A stretch of 64,000 bases of DNA from Nemertoderma westbladi (GCA_032718475.1 JAUCBJ010006218.1:124001-188000); one strand, 5' to 3'. Counted from the first letter of the stretch, positions 30,626-44,080 are shown. Notes: generated by a model from the sequence alone, not told the origin. A program made the numbers and translations.

Positions 30626-31120
30626 TAACTATGGAAATATTCGTATACGTGTAGCTGGAACGTGGCGGAATTTCAACACGTATCATAATAGCGTTGGACT
30701 ACTGGTAGGCGGCTTGGTTGGTTGGATTGATTGGTTTGGCGACAGCCGTCGAGGAGTAGCCGTGGCTAGCGGTGGTGGTGAGTTGGCAATCGATATATAA
30801 TATAATAGCGTAGTGGGGGCTAGCCATGCATCGTGAAGTTAGGTTACGCGAAGATGAATATGCGATGGTTGGTTGATGCAACAACGCGAATCAATACTCA
30901 CGGGTGGTAACAGTTGTCGAGTAAGGCAGGCATCGCGAGGTTAGGCTACGCGTAGGTGATAAGCAACGATTGGTTGAAGGCAACGACGCGAATCAATATT
31001 GATGGTGACAGATTGTCATTAAACATCGCGATTTAGCACCTTTTTAATAGCCCTCCGAGATGCAGCCCGTAGCCTAGGCTTAGGGAGGTGTACGCTCCGG
31101 ACTATGTTTCTCCTACTACT
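30626..31120 (-). repeat. Polinton right terminal inverted repeat
   Basis: Inverted copy of 5239..5736. Confidence 0.95.
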
Positions 31121-31889
31121 GGTGGCTTAGCCTTCTGCCAATCACCGTCCGCAGTGACATCCGACCACATTTGGGGCGATTCTTCATCTGCTAAGCTGCT
31201 TTTGATTGTTTCTAGTTTGTATTCAGTGTCACTGATTTTTACTTAATTCGCAGTACAGGAGAGTTCGAGTTGCTCGACTTTTTGTTCCAGCGATAATATC
31301 TCGCCAGCAGTCGTTTTCTCTAGGCGCGATAGCTTGTCTTCAAGTTTCGTTTCTATATCGTGTAGTTCCTTGGTGAACCTGGTAAAGTGGTGTGCCGCGC
31401 AACTTCCACAGTAGAAATCTAAGCGGGCCCATTGAGTTCCCGATTTAGCGATACATATAACCAATACGGTACAGTTTGAGCCCGAGCAACCAACTGTGAA
31501 CTCTTTCCGACCAACGGTGCGGGTATTTCCGGTACTGGAATCACCCGAGTTCTGTTTTCCTCCCGAGACGCTCAGCCATGAGGTTCCACCTCTTGAACCC
31601 GAACCCAACATACCACTACCGCGTCTGGATTTATCCGGTAAACCATCCGGTAATGAATTATTACGATTTGAAGTCATCCTGGCAGCTTTGCAGACTGGCT
31701 GTGGGCTGGTAGGGATCACTTCTGACTTCAGTACACGCCGGTTCGTTCTACGCGTGATCTTTCTTTCTGTCTTTGGGAGACGATTAGTTGGTGGAGGGGG
31801 CAATGGCTTGAAGGGCAACCCAGCAAAAGACCGGCGCCAACTCAATGTACGTGTGTACGGTACGGTTAAAATAAAAAGGTAGGCCTATT
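31121..31889 (-). mobile_element. L2/CR1-group LINE 5' portion (ORF1 N-terminus)
   Basis: Degenerate PHD-like FYCGSC and a coiled coil. After a frameshift, ...MWSDVTADGDWQKAKP|PRRNKRNE reads in frame into 5232 once the Polinton is removed. Confidence 0.8.
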
Positions 31890-32040
31890 CTTCCGCCTAT
31901 CCATGGCCTACAGCCCTGCTGCCGACTGTAGGGGTCCTTTTGTTACACCCTGAACCAAGTGTGCCTCCTGGGTTAGGTTACCTAACACTGGTAGAGGAGC
32001 ATCCAGTATAGACAGGGCGGGGCGTGTATCATCTCTAATG
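31890..32040 (-). mobile_element. Probable extreme 5' UTR of the RTE element at 1..591
   Basis: Joining 573-591 to 31893-31897 recreates GCCGTTGGTTGATTACCTTCCGCC, identical to 530-553. Confidence 0.6.
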
Positions 32041-32975
32041 CTACTACTACTACTACTAGGATCGGCATGCTGCATTGCAGCTGCATTTTTAAGAATGCTG
32101 TGCCGGCTTGTCAACAAAATTGCACCGCCACAACTCCCTATCACCCATGACATTTGCTAGATCATCCGCATCTTTAAGGCCAGTGTCCTTTAAGATGCGT
32201 CTCAAGAAAGTCATGGGCTGTCCACCATGCTTATTCACTCCATGAGGCTGCCAAAGTACAAGATTATGCACTGGCTGGTCCTCACGGCGAAAGCAATGTC
32301 CTGCAAAGCGGAGGCGATTTTGTTCTAGTGTCAAGCTTGGGGGAACCAATGAGACACCTCCAATGTTATATAGTGTCTGGTTGGAGATGTGTGCATTGTA
32401 CTTGACACAATGAACCCGGCGTAGCATTCTTGTGAATGTGCCATCCAGAGATTTGGTGTCCTCAGCAGTTAGAGCCCAGCATGGACTCCCGTAGAGGAGT
32501 ACTGGAACTACTGCTGCTCTAAATAATCGGACCTTAAGTTTCCGATTAATTCTCGGTGACTTCCAAATCCTGGAAAGCCTATTCAAGGCTGCCCATGCCT
32601 TTCCCTTACGTATTCGAAGGTCCTCACCTGACTTCCGGATCCATGATCCCAGGTAACAGAAGTCGTCCACATGCTCAAGCATACCATCCTTTGAGCTTAT
32701 GCTCATCCGATCAGAGACTTGCTGATGACTTTCAAAGTTAACGGTCAGAATTTTGGTCTTTCTGGAGTTAATAAAAAGACCAACACTAGAAGCAGCATGT
32801 TCTAATGAGCTGAGGAGCCGTTGGGCTCCGTCTAATGATTCTGAGAGTACTCCTAAGTCATCAGCAAAGTCTAGATCAGTTAGGTACTTGGCAGGATTTC
32901 CTCGACTTCTGGAGCCAGTAGGTGGAGTTATCATCACCCCATCATCATTATGATGATCTAAGGACATGCGTAATG
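32041..32975 (-). mobile_element. 5'-truncated RTE-clade LINE (RT C-terminus and (TAG)n tail)
   Basis: ORF 32089..32967 has DLDFADDL, GL.IN..KTK, F.YLGS, LKVRLFRA.V.PVLLYG and RLRFAGHC.R. A short 3' UTR ends in TAG repeats at 32041-32058. Confidence 0.88.
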
Positions 32976-33048
32976 CAGATGCGTATCAAGCCTTTGCCTT
33001 CAATGGTGCCCTATGCGCTATAGCCCTCAATGACTTATTTAGTTGACG

Positions 33049-36000
33049 GGACTATTTTACTCCAGGATATCAGGCAGTATTGTACATAAGACCTTTTTTG
33101 TTTATGTCTATGCGATTTTTACTGTACATAGGACTATTTTACTCCAGGATATCAGGCAGTATTGTTCATAAGACCTTTTTTGTTTATGTCTATGCGATTT
33201 TTACTGTACATAGGACTATTTTACTCCAGGATATCAGGCAGTATTGTACATATTATTAAGACCTTTTTTGTTTATGTCTACGCGATTTTTACTGTACATA
33301 GGACTATTTTACTCCCGGATATCAGGCAGTATTGTTCATAAGACCTTTTTTGTTTATGTCTATGCGATTTTTACTGTACATAGGACTATTTTACTCCAGG
33401 ATATCAGGCAGTATTGTTCATAAGACCTTTTTTGTTTATGTCTATGCGATTTTTACTGTACATAGGACTATTTCACTCCCGGATATCAGGCAGTATTGTT
33501 CATAAGACCTTTTTTGTTTATGTCTATGCGATTTTTACTGTACATAGGACTATTTCACTCCAGGATATCAGGCAGTATTGTTCATAAGACCTTTTTTGTT
33601 TATGTCTATGCGATTTTTACTGTACATAGGACTATTTTACTCCAGGATATCAGGCAGTATTGTACATAAGACCTTTTTTGTTTATGTCTACGCGATTTTT
33701 ACTGTACATAGGACTATTTTACTCCCGGATATCAGGCAGTATTGTTCATAAGACCTTTTTTGTTTATGTCTATGCGATTTTTACTGTACATAGGACTATT
33801 TTACTCCAGGATATCAGGCAGTATTGTTCATAAGACCTTTTTTGTTTATGTCTATGCGATTTTTACTGTACATAGGACTATTTCACTCCCGGATATCAGG
33901 CAGTATTGTTCATAAGACCTTTTTTGTTTATGTCTATGCGATTTTTACTGTACATAGGACTATTTCACTCCAGGATATCAGGCAGTATTGTTCATAAGAC
34001 CTTTTTTGTTTATGTCTATGCGATTTTTACTGTACATAGGACTATTTCACTCCCGGATATCAGGCAGTATTGTACATAAGACCTTTTTTGTTTATGTCTA
34101 TGCGATTTTTACTGTACATAGGACTATTTTACTCCAGGATATCAGGCAGTATTGTTCATAAGACCTTTTTTGTTTATGTCTATGCGATTTTTACTGTACA
34201 TAGGACTATTTTACTCCAGGATATCAGGCAGTATTGTTCATAAGACCTTTTTTGTTTATGTCTATGCGATTTTTACTGTACATAGGACTATTTTACTCCA
34301 GGATATCAGGCAGTATTGTAAATAAGACCTTTTTTGTTTATGTCTATGTGATTTTTACTGTACATAGGACTATTTTACTCCAGGATATCAGGCAGTATTG
34401 TTCATAAGACCTTTTTTGTTTATGTCTATGCGATTTTTACTGTACATAGGACTATTTTACTCCAGGATATCAGGCAGTATTGTTCATAAGACCTTTTTTG
34501 TTTATGTCTATGCGATTTTTACTGTACATAGGACTATTTCACTCCCGGATATCAGGCAGTATTGTTCATAAGACCTTTTTTGTTTATGTCTATGCGATTT
34601 TTACTGTACATAGGACTATTTTACTCCAGGATATCAGGCAGTATTGTACATAAGACCTTTTTTGTTTATGTCTATGCGATTTTTACTGTACATAGGACTA
34701 TTTCACTCCCGGATATCAGGCAGTATTGTTCATAAGACCTTTTTTGTTTATGTCTATGCGATTTTTACTGTACATAGGACTATTTTACTCCAGGATATCA
34801 GGCAGTATTGTACATAAGACCTTTTTTGTTTATGTCTATGCGATTTTTACTGTACATAGGACTATTTCACTCCCGGATATCAGGCAGTATTGTTCATAAG
34901 ACCTTTTTTGTTTATGTCTATGCGATTTTTACTGTACATAGGACTATTTCACTCCCGGATATCAGGCAGTATTGTTCATAAGACCTTTTTTTGTTTATGT
35001 CTATGCGATTTTTACTGTACATAGGACTATTTCACTCCCGGATATCAGGCAGTATTGTTCATAAGACCTTTTTTGTTTATGTCTATGCGATTTTTACTGT
35101 ACATAGGACTATTTCACTCCCGGATATCAGGCAGTATTGTTCATAAGACCTTTTTTTGTTTATGTCTATGCGATTTTTACTGTACATAGGACTATTTCAC
35201 TCCCGGATATCAGGCAGTATTGTACATAAGACCTTTTTTGTTTATGTCTATGCGATTTTTACTGTACATAGGACTATTTCACTCCCGGATATCAGGCAGT
35301 ATTGTTCATAAGACCTTTTTTGTTTATGTCTATGCGATTTTTACTGTACATAGGACTATTTCACTCCCGGATATCAGGCAGTATTGTTCATAAGACCTTT
35401 TTTTGTTTATGTCTATGCGATTTTTACTGTACATAGGACTATTTCACTCCCGGATATCAGGCAGTATTGTTCATAAGACCTTTTTTGTTTATGTCTATGC
35501 GATTTTTACTGTACATAGGACTATTTAACTCCAGGATATCAGGCAGTATTGTAAATAAGACCTTTTTTGTTTATGTCTATGCGATTTTTACTGTACATAG
35601 GACTATTTTACTCCAGGATATCAGGCAGTATTGTTCATAAGACCTTTTTTGTTTATGTCTATGCGATTTTTACTGTACATAGGACTATTTTACTCCAGGA
35701 TATCAGGCAGTATTGTTCATAAGACCTTTTTTGTTTATGTCTATGCGATTTTTACTGTACATAGGACTATTTAACTCCAGGATATCAGGCAGTATTGTAA
35801 ATAAGACCTTTTTTGTTTATGTCTATGCGATTTTTACTGTACATAGGACTATTTTACTCCAGGATATCAGGCAGTATTGTTCATAAGACCTTTTTTGTTT
35901 ATGTCTATGCGATTTTTACTGTACATAGGACTATTTAACTCCAGGATATCAGGCAGTATTGTAAATAAGACCTTTTTTGTTTATGTCTATGCGATTTTTA

Positions 36001-37527
36001 CTGTACATAGGACTATTTTACTCCAGGATATCAGGCAGTATTGTAAATAAGACCTTTTTTGTTTATGTCTATGCGATTTTTACTGTACATAGGACTATTT
36101 TACTCCAGGATATCAGGCAGTATTGTAAATAAGATCTTTTTTGTTTATGTCTATGCGATTTTTACTGTACATAGGACTATTTTACTCCAGGATATCAGGC
36201 AGTATTGTAAATAAGACCTTTTTTGTTTATGTCTATGCGATTTTTACTGTACATAGGACTATTTTACTCCAGGATATCAGGCAGTATTGTACATAAGACC
36301 TTTTTTGTTTATGTCTATGCGATTTTTACTGTACATAGGACTATTTTACTCCAGGATATCAGGCAGTATTGTTCATAAGACCTTTTTTGTTTATGTCTAT
36401 GCGATTTTTACTGTACATAGGACTATTTTACTCCAGGATATCAGGCAGTATTGTAAATAAGATCTTTTTTGTTTATGTCTATGCGATTTTTACTGTACAT
36501 AGGACTATTTTACTCCAGGATATCAGGCAGTATTGTAAATAAGACCTTTTTTGTTTATGTCTATGCGATTTTTACTGTACATAGGACTATTTTACTCCAG
36601 GATATCAGGCAGTATTGTAAATAAGATCTTTTTTGTTTATGTCTATGCGATTTTTACTGTGCATAGGACTATTTTACTCCAGGATATCAGGCAGTATTGT
36701 AAATAAGATCTTTTTTGTTTATGTCTATGCGATTTTTACTGTACATAGGACTATTTTACTCCAGGATATCAGGCAGTATTGTAAATAAGACCTTTTTTGT
36801 TTATGTCTATGCGATTTTTACTGTACATAGGACTATTTTACTCCAGGATATCAGGCAGTATTGTACATAAGACCTTTATTGTTTATGTCTATGCGATTTT
36901 TACTGTACATAGGACTATTTTACTCCAGGATATCAGGCAGTATTGTAAATAAGACCTTTTTTGTTTATGTCTATGCGATTTTTACTGTACATAGGACTAT
37001 TTTACTCCAGGATATCAGGCAGTATTGTACATAAGACCTTTATTGTTTATGTCTATGCGATTTTTACTGTACATAGGACTATTTTACTCCAGGATATCAG
37101 GCAGTATTGTAAATAAGACCTTTTTTGTTTATGTCTATGCGATTTTTACTGTACATAGGACTATTTTACTCCAGGATATCAGGCAGTATTGTAAATAAGA
37201 TCTTTTTTGTTTATGTCTATGCGATTTTTACTGTACATAGGACTATTTTACTCCAGGATATCAGGCAGTATTGTAAATAAGACCTTTTTTGTTTATGTCT
37301 ATGCGATTTTTACTGTACATAGGACTATTTTACTCCAGGATATCAGGCAGTATTGTAAATAAGACCTTTTTTGTTTATGTCTATGCGATTTTTACTGTAC
37401 ATAGGACTATTTTACTCCAGGATATCAGGCAGTATTGTACATAAGACCTTTTTTGTTTATGTCTATGCGATTTTTACTGTACATAGGACTATTTTACTCC
37501 AGGATATCAAGCAGTATTGTTCATATG
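33049..37527. repeat. 82-bp tandem repeat (~55 copies)
   Basis: Unit GGACTATTTTACTCCAGGATATCAGGCAGTATTGTTCATAAGACC...CTGTACATA. Confidence 0.97.
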
Positions 37528-37618
37528 ATCTCAGAACCTTCCTTATTGGTTAGTTAAGTTAGGTCTCATTGTACCTCTGTATGAGTGGAACTCTGATTCT
37601 GGACCTTTTTATGCTCAG

Positions 37619-37776
37619 CCCTTCCATTATATCGCAGTACAACGTCCCCCAATGTTAGCATTGGGGTGGTGGACGGGGTAGAAGTCGCCCAACCTGAAGA
37701 AGTCACCGACGCCTATTACTTTTACGACGAAAGAGTCGAACTACACGAGACCTGGACGAGGTGGTTTAAATTCCAG
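37619..37776 (+). CDS. Anoctamin (TMEM16) exon (acceptor uncertain: 37619 or 37638)
   Basis: ...YFYDERVELHETWTRWFKFQ then GTGAG. Splices in phase 0 to PLWKIRNYFGEK. Confidence 0.75.
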
Positions 37777-38299
37777 GTGAGGTATTCCTATATTCCTTAA
37801 AAGTGCAAAGTAAAGTGTAAGTTTTTGTTACAACATGAAACACGTAACACAGAAGGTTACGTTATACGTTACGTTACGTCCTTCTGTTACCATTGTTGTT
37901 AAGGCATGCAGGGCGCCACACTTACTCCCAAGGCTACAGCCGTTAGTCGGACTTTATTGAGCCACTGTTGCGACTCAATGCTGTCAGAAGGGCCCAAAAT
38001 GGGGTAAAAAAGATACAACAATATATAACGAAACTTAGTTTATTGTTTTGGTAATTTGAAAAACTATCAGTGTAACAACTGCTAATTTCCCATAATAATA
38101 GTCCCAGGTTCTTTATTAAATCCACTTAAAACCATTTTTTTAAGTGTCATTCAAAAAGAACGCCTGAGTAAATTCTCAGTTTTTCAAACTCCCTCTAGTT
38201 GGGACCTGCTAAATTTGTTTTTATTTTTCATATTAATTGGTGGTTGGCAGACATTCTCCCATATTGTATGCAGATGTGAGGAGGGGGGAGGGGGGGGGG

Positions 38300-39135
38300 G
38301 GGTGCTGAGAAATCGACGCAAATAACAGCTGATTAATTTCAAAAGTAGAACTTTTTTTTTTACTTTAGTTTATTGTTTTGGTTATAATCCGTGCCATTGT
38401 AACCTGCTCCTTTACTTTAGTTTATTGTTTTGGTTATAATCCGTGCCATTGTAACCTGCTCCTTTACTTTAGTTTATTGTTTTGGTTATAATACCGTGCC
38501 ATTGTAACCTGCTCCTTTACTTTAGTTTATTGTTTTGGTTATAATACCGTGCCATTGTAACCTGCTCCTTTACTTTAGTTTATTGTTTTGGTTATAATAC
38601 CGTGCCATTGTAACCTGCTCCTTTACTTTAGTTTATTGTTTTGGTTATAATCCGTGCCATTGTAACCTGCTCCTTTACTTTAGTTTATTGTTTTGGTTAT
38701 AATACCGTGCCATTGTAACCTGCTCCTTTACTTTAGTTTATTGTTTTGGTTATAATACCGTGCCATTGTAACCTGCTCCTTTACTTTAGTTTATTGTTTT
38801 GGTTATAATCCGTGCCATTGTAACCTGCTCCTTTACTTTAGTTTATTGTTTTGGTTATAATACCGTGCCATTGTAACCTGCTCCTTTACTTTAGTTTATT
38901 GTTTTGGTTATAATCCGTGCCATTGTAACCTGCTCCTTTACTTTAGTTTATTGTTTTGGTTATAATCCGTGCCATTGTAACCTGCTCCTTTACTTTAGTT
39001 TATTGTTTTGGTTATAATACCGTGCCATTGTAACCTGCTCCTTTACTTTAGTTTATTGTTTTGGTTATAATACCGTGCCATTGTAACCTGCTCCTTTACT
39101 TTAGTTGATAAATTTAACATTGAGACGAAATATTA
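38300..39135. repeat. MITE copy with an internal 52/53-bp segment amplified ~14 times
   Basis: Unit TTTAGTTTATTGTTTTGGTTATAATCCGTGCCATTGTAACCTGCTCCTTTAC. The flanks match the inverted element at 40028..40267. Confidence 0.8.
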
Positions 39136-39186
39136 ATTGAATTACAATCGCAATTTATACAAATTAATCTTATTTACTTTTTTCAG

Positions 39187-39320
39187 CCTCTGTGGAAAAT
39201 TAGAAACTATTTTGGGGAGAAAATAGCGATGTACTTCGCCTGGCAGGGTGTGTTAATGACGTCATTAATTGTTCCGGCACTCTTTGGGTTTGCTGTGTTC
39301 CTGTATGGGGTGTACGGAAG
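39187..39320 (+). CDS. Anoctamin exon (TM1)
   Basis: tttcag|PLWKIRNYFGEKIAMYFAWQG...LYGVYG|gtgag. YFGEKIA.YFAW is the anoctamin signature. Phase 0-2. Confidence 0.95.
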
Positions 39321-40027
39321 GTGAGATATTATTATTAATTATCACTTATTTAAAACTTTATTTAAATAATTATATTTAGTGGAATTAGAAGTTTATTTAA
39401 TTATTGACTTACATGATTTTGATATATATTTGTTACGTTAATGATGATGATTGGATGGATATGGAGTTATTGTTTTATTGTATATCTTTACATAATTGTG
39501 GAGGTTAATTATTGGCAAATTAACTGGATGCGATAAGTTTTAATCAGTTTTCTTCGTAAACCATATATATGGCCTCTGTAGTCTGTCTGATGATTTACTT
39601 GGTTTATTGTTTTGGTTTGTTTAGTTTTGGTTTAATAACCTGAGCCCCAAGTTTTTTTTAGTTAACATGATATAATAAAATTAAAGCAATTATTTATATT
39701 TGAAAGGTTAACTAATAATAATGAATTTAAATAGGTCTGTTTCCCCTTATTGGTTTGATATATAGCTAACAGCTGAATGTTACGCTTTAACTATTACTTT
39801 TAAGAGATATTATCCCTCCAGATGGATGTTTTATTTACTGTAAATTACATTGTTACTATATTTTTATTTTTATATTTAATTTAATTATTTTTCATCCATC
39901 TTGAACTATAAACGTACTCACCAGAGCAGCGGATATTAGTATATTGTTTAATAATTTTAATTACCATGTTTTCTCTGTAACAAAACCTCTAATTACGTAA
40001 ATAATCTTCGCTAAAATTAATAATTGG

Positions 40028-40267
40028 AGACAGGGGGTGAAACTGGACGGAAAACCCGCCTTGGCGAATTAATTTCCCGCCTCAATGTTAAATTCTCAAT
40101 TTAGGGAAAGGATCAGGTTACAGTGGCACGTTATTTTAATCAAAACAATAAACTAAGCACTATAGAACACGTTACAGTTTTATTTTTGAGAGAAATCAGC
40201 TGTTATTTGCGTCCAATTTCCCCTGAAGATGGATACATTTTTATTACGTCCAGTTTACCCCCTATCT
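40028..40267. mobile_element. MITE-like element
   Basis: Imperfect TIRs AGACAGGGGGTGAAACTGGACG / CGTCCAGTTTACCCCCTATCT. Related copies lie at ~38300-39135 and ~47427-47590. Confidence 0.65.
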
Positions 40268-40313
40268 GAATAATTGTTGATATTTTATATATTTAATTGC
40301 ACTTTATAGCATT

Positions 40314-43300
40314 TAGTTTAGACATAGAGAGAGGTGGGGGGAGGATTAATGTTCGCCAGGACCGAGTTTAGACATAGAGAGAGGTGGGGGAGGATTAATG
40401 TTCGCCAGGACCGAGTTTAGACATAGAGAGAGGTGGGGGAGGATTAATGTTCGCCAGGGCCGAGTTTAGACACAGAGAGAGGTGGGGGAGGATTAATGTT
40501 CGCCAGGACCGAGTTTAGACATAGAGAGAGGTGGGGGAGGATTAATGTTCGCCAGGACCGAGTTTAGACACAGAGAGAGGTGGGGGAGGATTAATGTTCG
40601 CCAGGACCGAGTTTAGACATAGAGAGAGGTGGGGGAGGATTAATGTTCGCCAGGACCGAGTTTAGACATAGATAGAGGTGGGGGAGGATTAATGTTCGCC
40701 AGGACCGAGTTTAGACATAGAGAGAGGTGGGGGAGGATTAATGTTCGCCAGGACCGAGTTTAGACACAGAGAGAGGTGGGGGAGGATTAATGTTCGCCAG
40801 GACCGAGTTTAGACATAGAGAGAGGTGGGGGAGGATTAATGTTCGCCAGGACCGAGTTTAGACACAGAGAGAGGTGGGGGAGGATTAATGTTCGCCAGGA
40901 CCGAGTTTAGACATAGAGAGAGGTGGGGGAGGATTAATGTTCGCCAGGACCGAGTTTAGACACAGAGAGAGGTGGGGGAGGATTAATGTTCGCCAGGACC
41001 GAGTTTAGACATAGAGAGAGGTGGGGGAGGATTAATGTTCGCCAGGACCGAGTTTAGACACAGAGAGAGGTGGGGGAGGATTAATGTTCGCCAGGACCGA
41101 GTTTAGACACAGAGAGAGGTGGGGGAGGATTAATGTTCGCCAGGACCGAGTTTAGACATAGAGAGAGGTGGGGGAGGATTAATGTTCGCCAGGACCGAGT
41201 TTAGACACAGAGAGAGGTGGGGGGAGGATTAATGTTCGCCAGGACCGAGTTTAGACATAGAGAGAGGTGGGGGAGGATTAATGTTCGCCAGGACCGAGTT
41301 TAGACACAGAGAGAGGTGGGGGAGGATTAATGTTCGCCAGGACCGAGTTTAGACATAGATAGAGGTGGGGGAGGATTAATGTTCGCCAGGACCGAGTTTA
41401 GACACAGAGAGAGGTGGGGGAGGATTAATGTTCGCCAGGACCGAGTTTAGACATAGAGAGAGGTGGGGGAGGATTAATGTTCGCCAGGACCGAGTTTAGA
41501 CATAGATAGAGGTGGGGGAGGATTAATGTTCGCCAGGACCGAGTTTAGACATAGAGAGAGGTGGGGGAGGATTAATGTTCGCCAGGACCGAGTTTAGACA
41601 CAGAGAGAGGTGGGGGAGGATTAATGTTCGCCAGGACCGAGTTTAGACATAGAGAGAGGTGGGGGAGGATTAATGTTCGCCAGGACCGAGTTTAGACATA
41701 GAGAGAGGTGGGGGAGGATTAATGTTCGCCAGGACCGAGTTTAGACATAGAGAGAGGTGGGGGAGGATTAATGTTCGCCAGGACCGAGTTTAGACACAGA
41801 GAGAGGTGGGGGAGGATTAATGTTCGCCAGGACCGAGTTTAGACATAGAGAGAGGTGGGGGAGGATTAATGTTCGCCAGGACCGAGTTTAGACACAGAGA
41901 GAGGTGGGGGAGGATTAATGTTCGCCAGGACCGAGTTTAGACATAGAGAGAGGTGGGGGAGGATTAATGTTCGCCAGGACCGAGTTTAGACACAGAGAGA
42001 GGTGGGGGAGGATTAATGTTCGCCAGGACCGAGTTTAGACATAGAGAGAGGTGGGGGAGGATTAATGTTCGCCAGGACCGAGTTTAGACACAGAGAGAGG
42101 TGGGGGAGGATTAATGTTCGCCAGGACCGAGTTTAGACATAGAGAGAGGTGGGGGAGGATTAATGTTCGCCAGGACCGAGTTTAGACACAGAGAGAGGTG
42201 GGGGAGGATTAATGTTCGCCAGGACCGAGTTTAGACATAGAGAGAGGTGGGGGAGGATTAATGTTCGCCAGGACCGAGTTTAGACACAGAGAGAGGTGGG
42301 GGAGGATTAATGTTCGCCAGGACCGAGTTTAGACATAGAGAGAGGTGGGGGAGGATTAATGTTCGCCAGGACCGAGTTTAGACATAGATAGAGGTGGGGG
42401 AGGATTAATGTTCGCCAGGACCGAGTTTAGACATAGAGAGAGGTGGGGGAGGATTAATGTTCGCCAGGACCGAGTTTAGACACAGAGAGAGGTGGGGGAG
42501 GATTAATGTTCGACAGGACCGAGTTTAGACATAGAGAGAGGTGGGGGAGGATTAATGTTCGCCAGGACCGAGTTTAGACACAGAGAGAGGTGGGGGAGGA
42601 TTAATGTTCGCCAGGACCGAGTTTAGACATAGAGAGAGGTGGGGGAGGATTAATGTTCGCCAGGACCGAGTTTAGACACAGAGAGAGGTGGGGGAGGATT
42701 AATGTTCGCCAGGACCGAGTTTAGACATAGAGAGAGGTGGGGGAGGATTAATGTTCGCCAGGACCGAGTTTAGACATAGAGAGAGGTGGGGGAGGATTAA
42801 TGTTCGCAGTTCGCCAGGACCGAGTTTAGACACAGAGAGAGGTGGGGGAGGATTAATGTTCGCCAGGACCGAGTTTAGACACAGAGAGAGGTGGGGGAGG
42901 ATTAATGTTCGCCAGGACCGAGTTTAGACACAGAGAGAGGTGGGGGAGGATTAATGTTCGCCAGGACCGAGTTTAGACATAGAGAGAGGTGGGGGAGGAT
43001 TAATGTTCGCCAGGACCGAGTTTAGACACAGAGAGAGGTGGGGGAGGATTAATGTTCGCCAGGACCGAGTTTAGACATAGAGAGAGGTGGGGGAGGATTA
43101 ATGTTCGCCAGGGCCGAGTTTAGACATAGATAGAGGTGGGGGAGGATTAATGTTCGCCAGGACCGAGTTTAGACATAGAGAGAGGTGGGGGAGGATTAAT
43201 GTTCGCCAGGACCGAGTTTAGACACAGAGAGAGGTGGGGGAGGATTAATGTTCGCCAGGACCGAGTTTAGACATAGAGAGAGGTGGGGGAGGATTAATGT

Positions 43301-43805
43301 TCGCCAGGACCGAGTTTAGACACAGAGAGAGGTGGGGGAGGATTAATGTTCGCCAGGACCGAGTTTAGACATAGAGAGAGGTGGAGGAGGATTAATGTTC
43401 GCCAGGACCGAGTTTAGACATAGAGAGAGGTGGGGGAGGATTAATGTTCGCCAGGACCGAGTTTAGACACAGAGATAGGTGGGGGAGGATTAATGTTCGC
43501 CAGGGCCGAGTTTAGACACAGAGAGAGGTGGGGGAGGATTAATGTTCGCCAGGACCGAGTTTAGACACAGAGAGAGGTGGGGGAGGATTAATGTTCGCCA
43601 GGACCGAGTTTAGACACAGAGAGAGGTGGGGGAGGATTAATGTTCGCCAGGACCGAGTTTAGACATAGAGAGAGGTGGGGGAGGATTAATGTTCGCCAGG
43701 ACCGAGTTTAGACATAGAGAGAGGTGGGGGAGGATTAATGTTCGCCAGGACCGAGTTTAGACACAGAGAGAGGTGGGGGAAGATTAATGTTCGCCAGGAC
43801 CGAGT
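40314..43805. repeat. 49-bp tandem repeat (~71 copies)
   Basis: Unit GAGTTTAGACA(T/C)AGAGAGAGGTGGGGGAGGATTAATGTTCGCCAGGACC. Confidence 0.97.
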
Positions 43806-43961
43806 TCTTTATGATCATTCATTCCCCACTGACTCACAACATTAATTAAATTATTATAGATTCCCCACGTTTGTATGACAAGAATGGTTGGACCCTAACT
43901 TTAACTCGATTATCATATTCTCGTACTATTTTATTTATAATATGAATTATTTTTCGTCCAG

Positions 43962-44080
43962 CGCCTCAGATCATAAAGATTTGAATAAAAATACCGATTT
44001 AGATTCGGTGCTGCGGATAGTCCAGAAGAGTCTGGATAACTACTCCACGCCCTGGTACGCACTGATCATATGTCTGTGGG
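43962..44080 (+). CDS. Anoctamin exon, alternative A (loop + start of TM2)
   Basis: ccag|(S)ASDHKDLN...KSLDNYSTPWYALIICLW(G)|gtaagc. 119 nt, phase 2-1. Confidence 0.88.

Larger units (their letters stand above)
5239..31120. mobile_element. Polinton/Maverick (adintovirus-like endogenous virus), full length
   Basis: Begins AGTAGTAGGAGAAACATAGTCC and ends GGACTATGTTTCTCCTACTACT. The 6-bp TSD GGTGGC lies at 5233-5238 and 31121-31126. pPolB, INT, ATPase, PRO and capsid ORFs lie inside. Confidence 0.97.

Noticed and set aside
31890-32040. HDV-like or hammerhead ribozyme at the RTE 5' end
   Set aside because: Some RTEs have one, but I could not fit the pseudoknot or the CUGANGA/GAAA cores by eye. 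A covariance-model search is needed.
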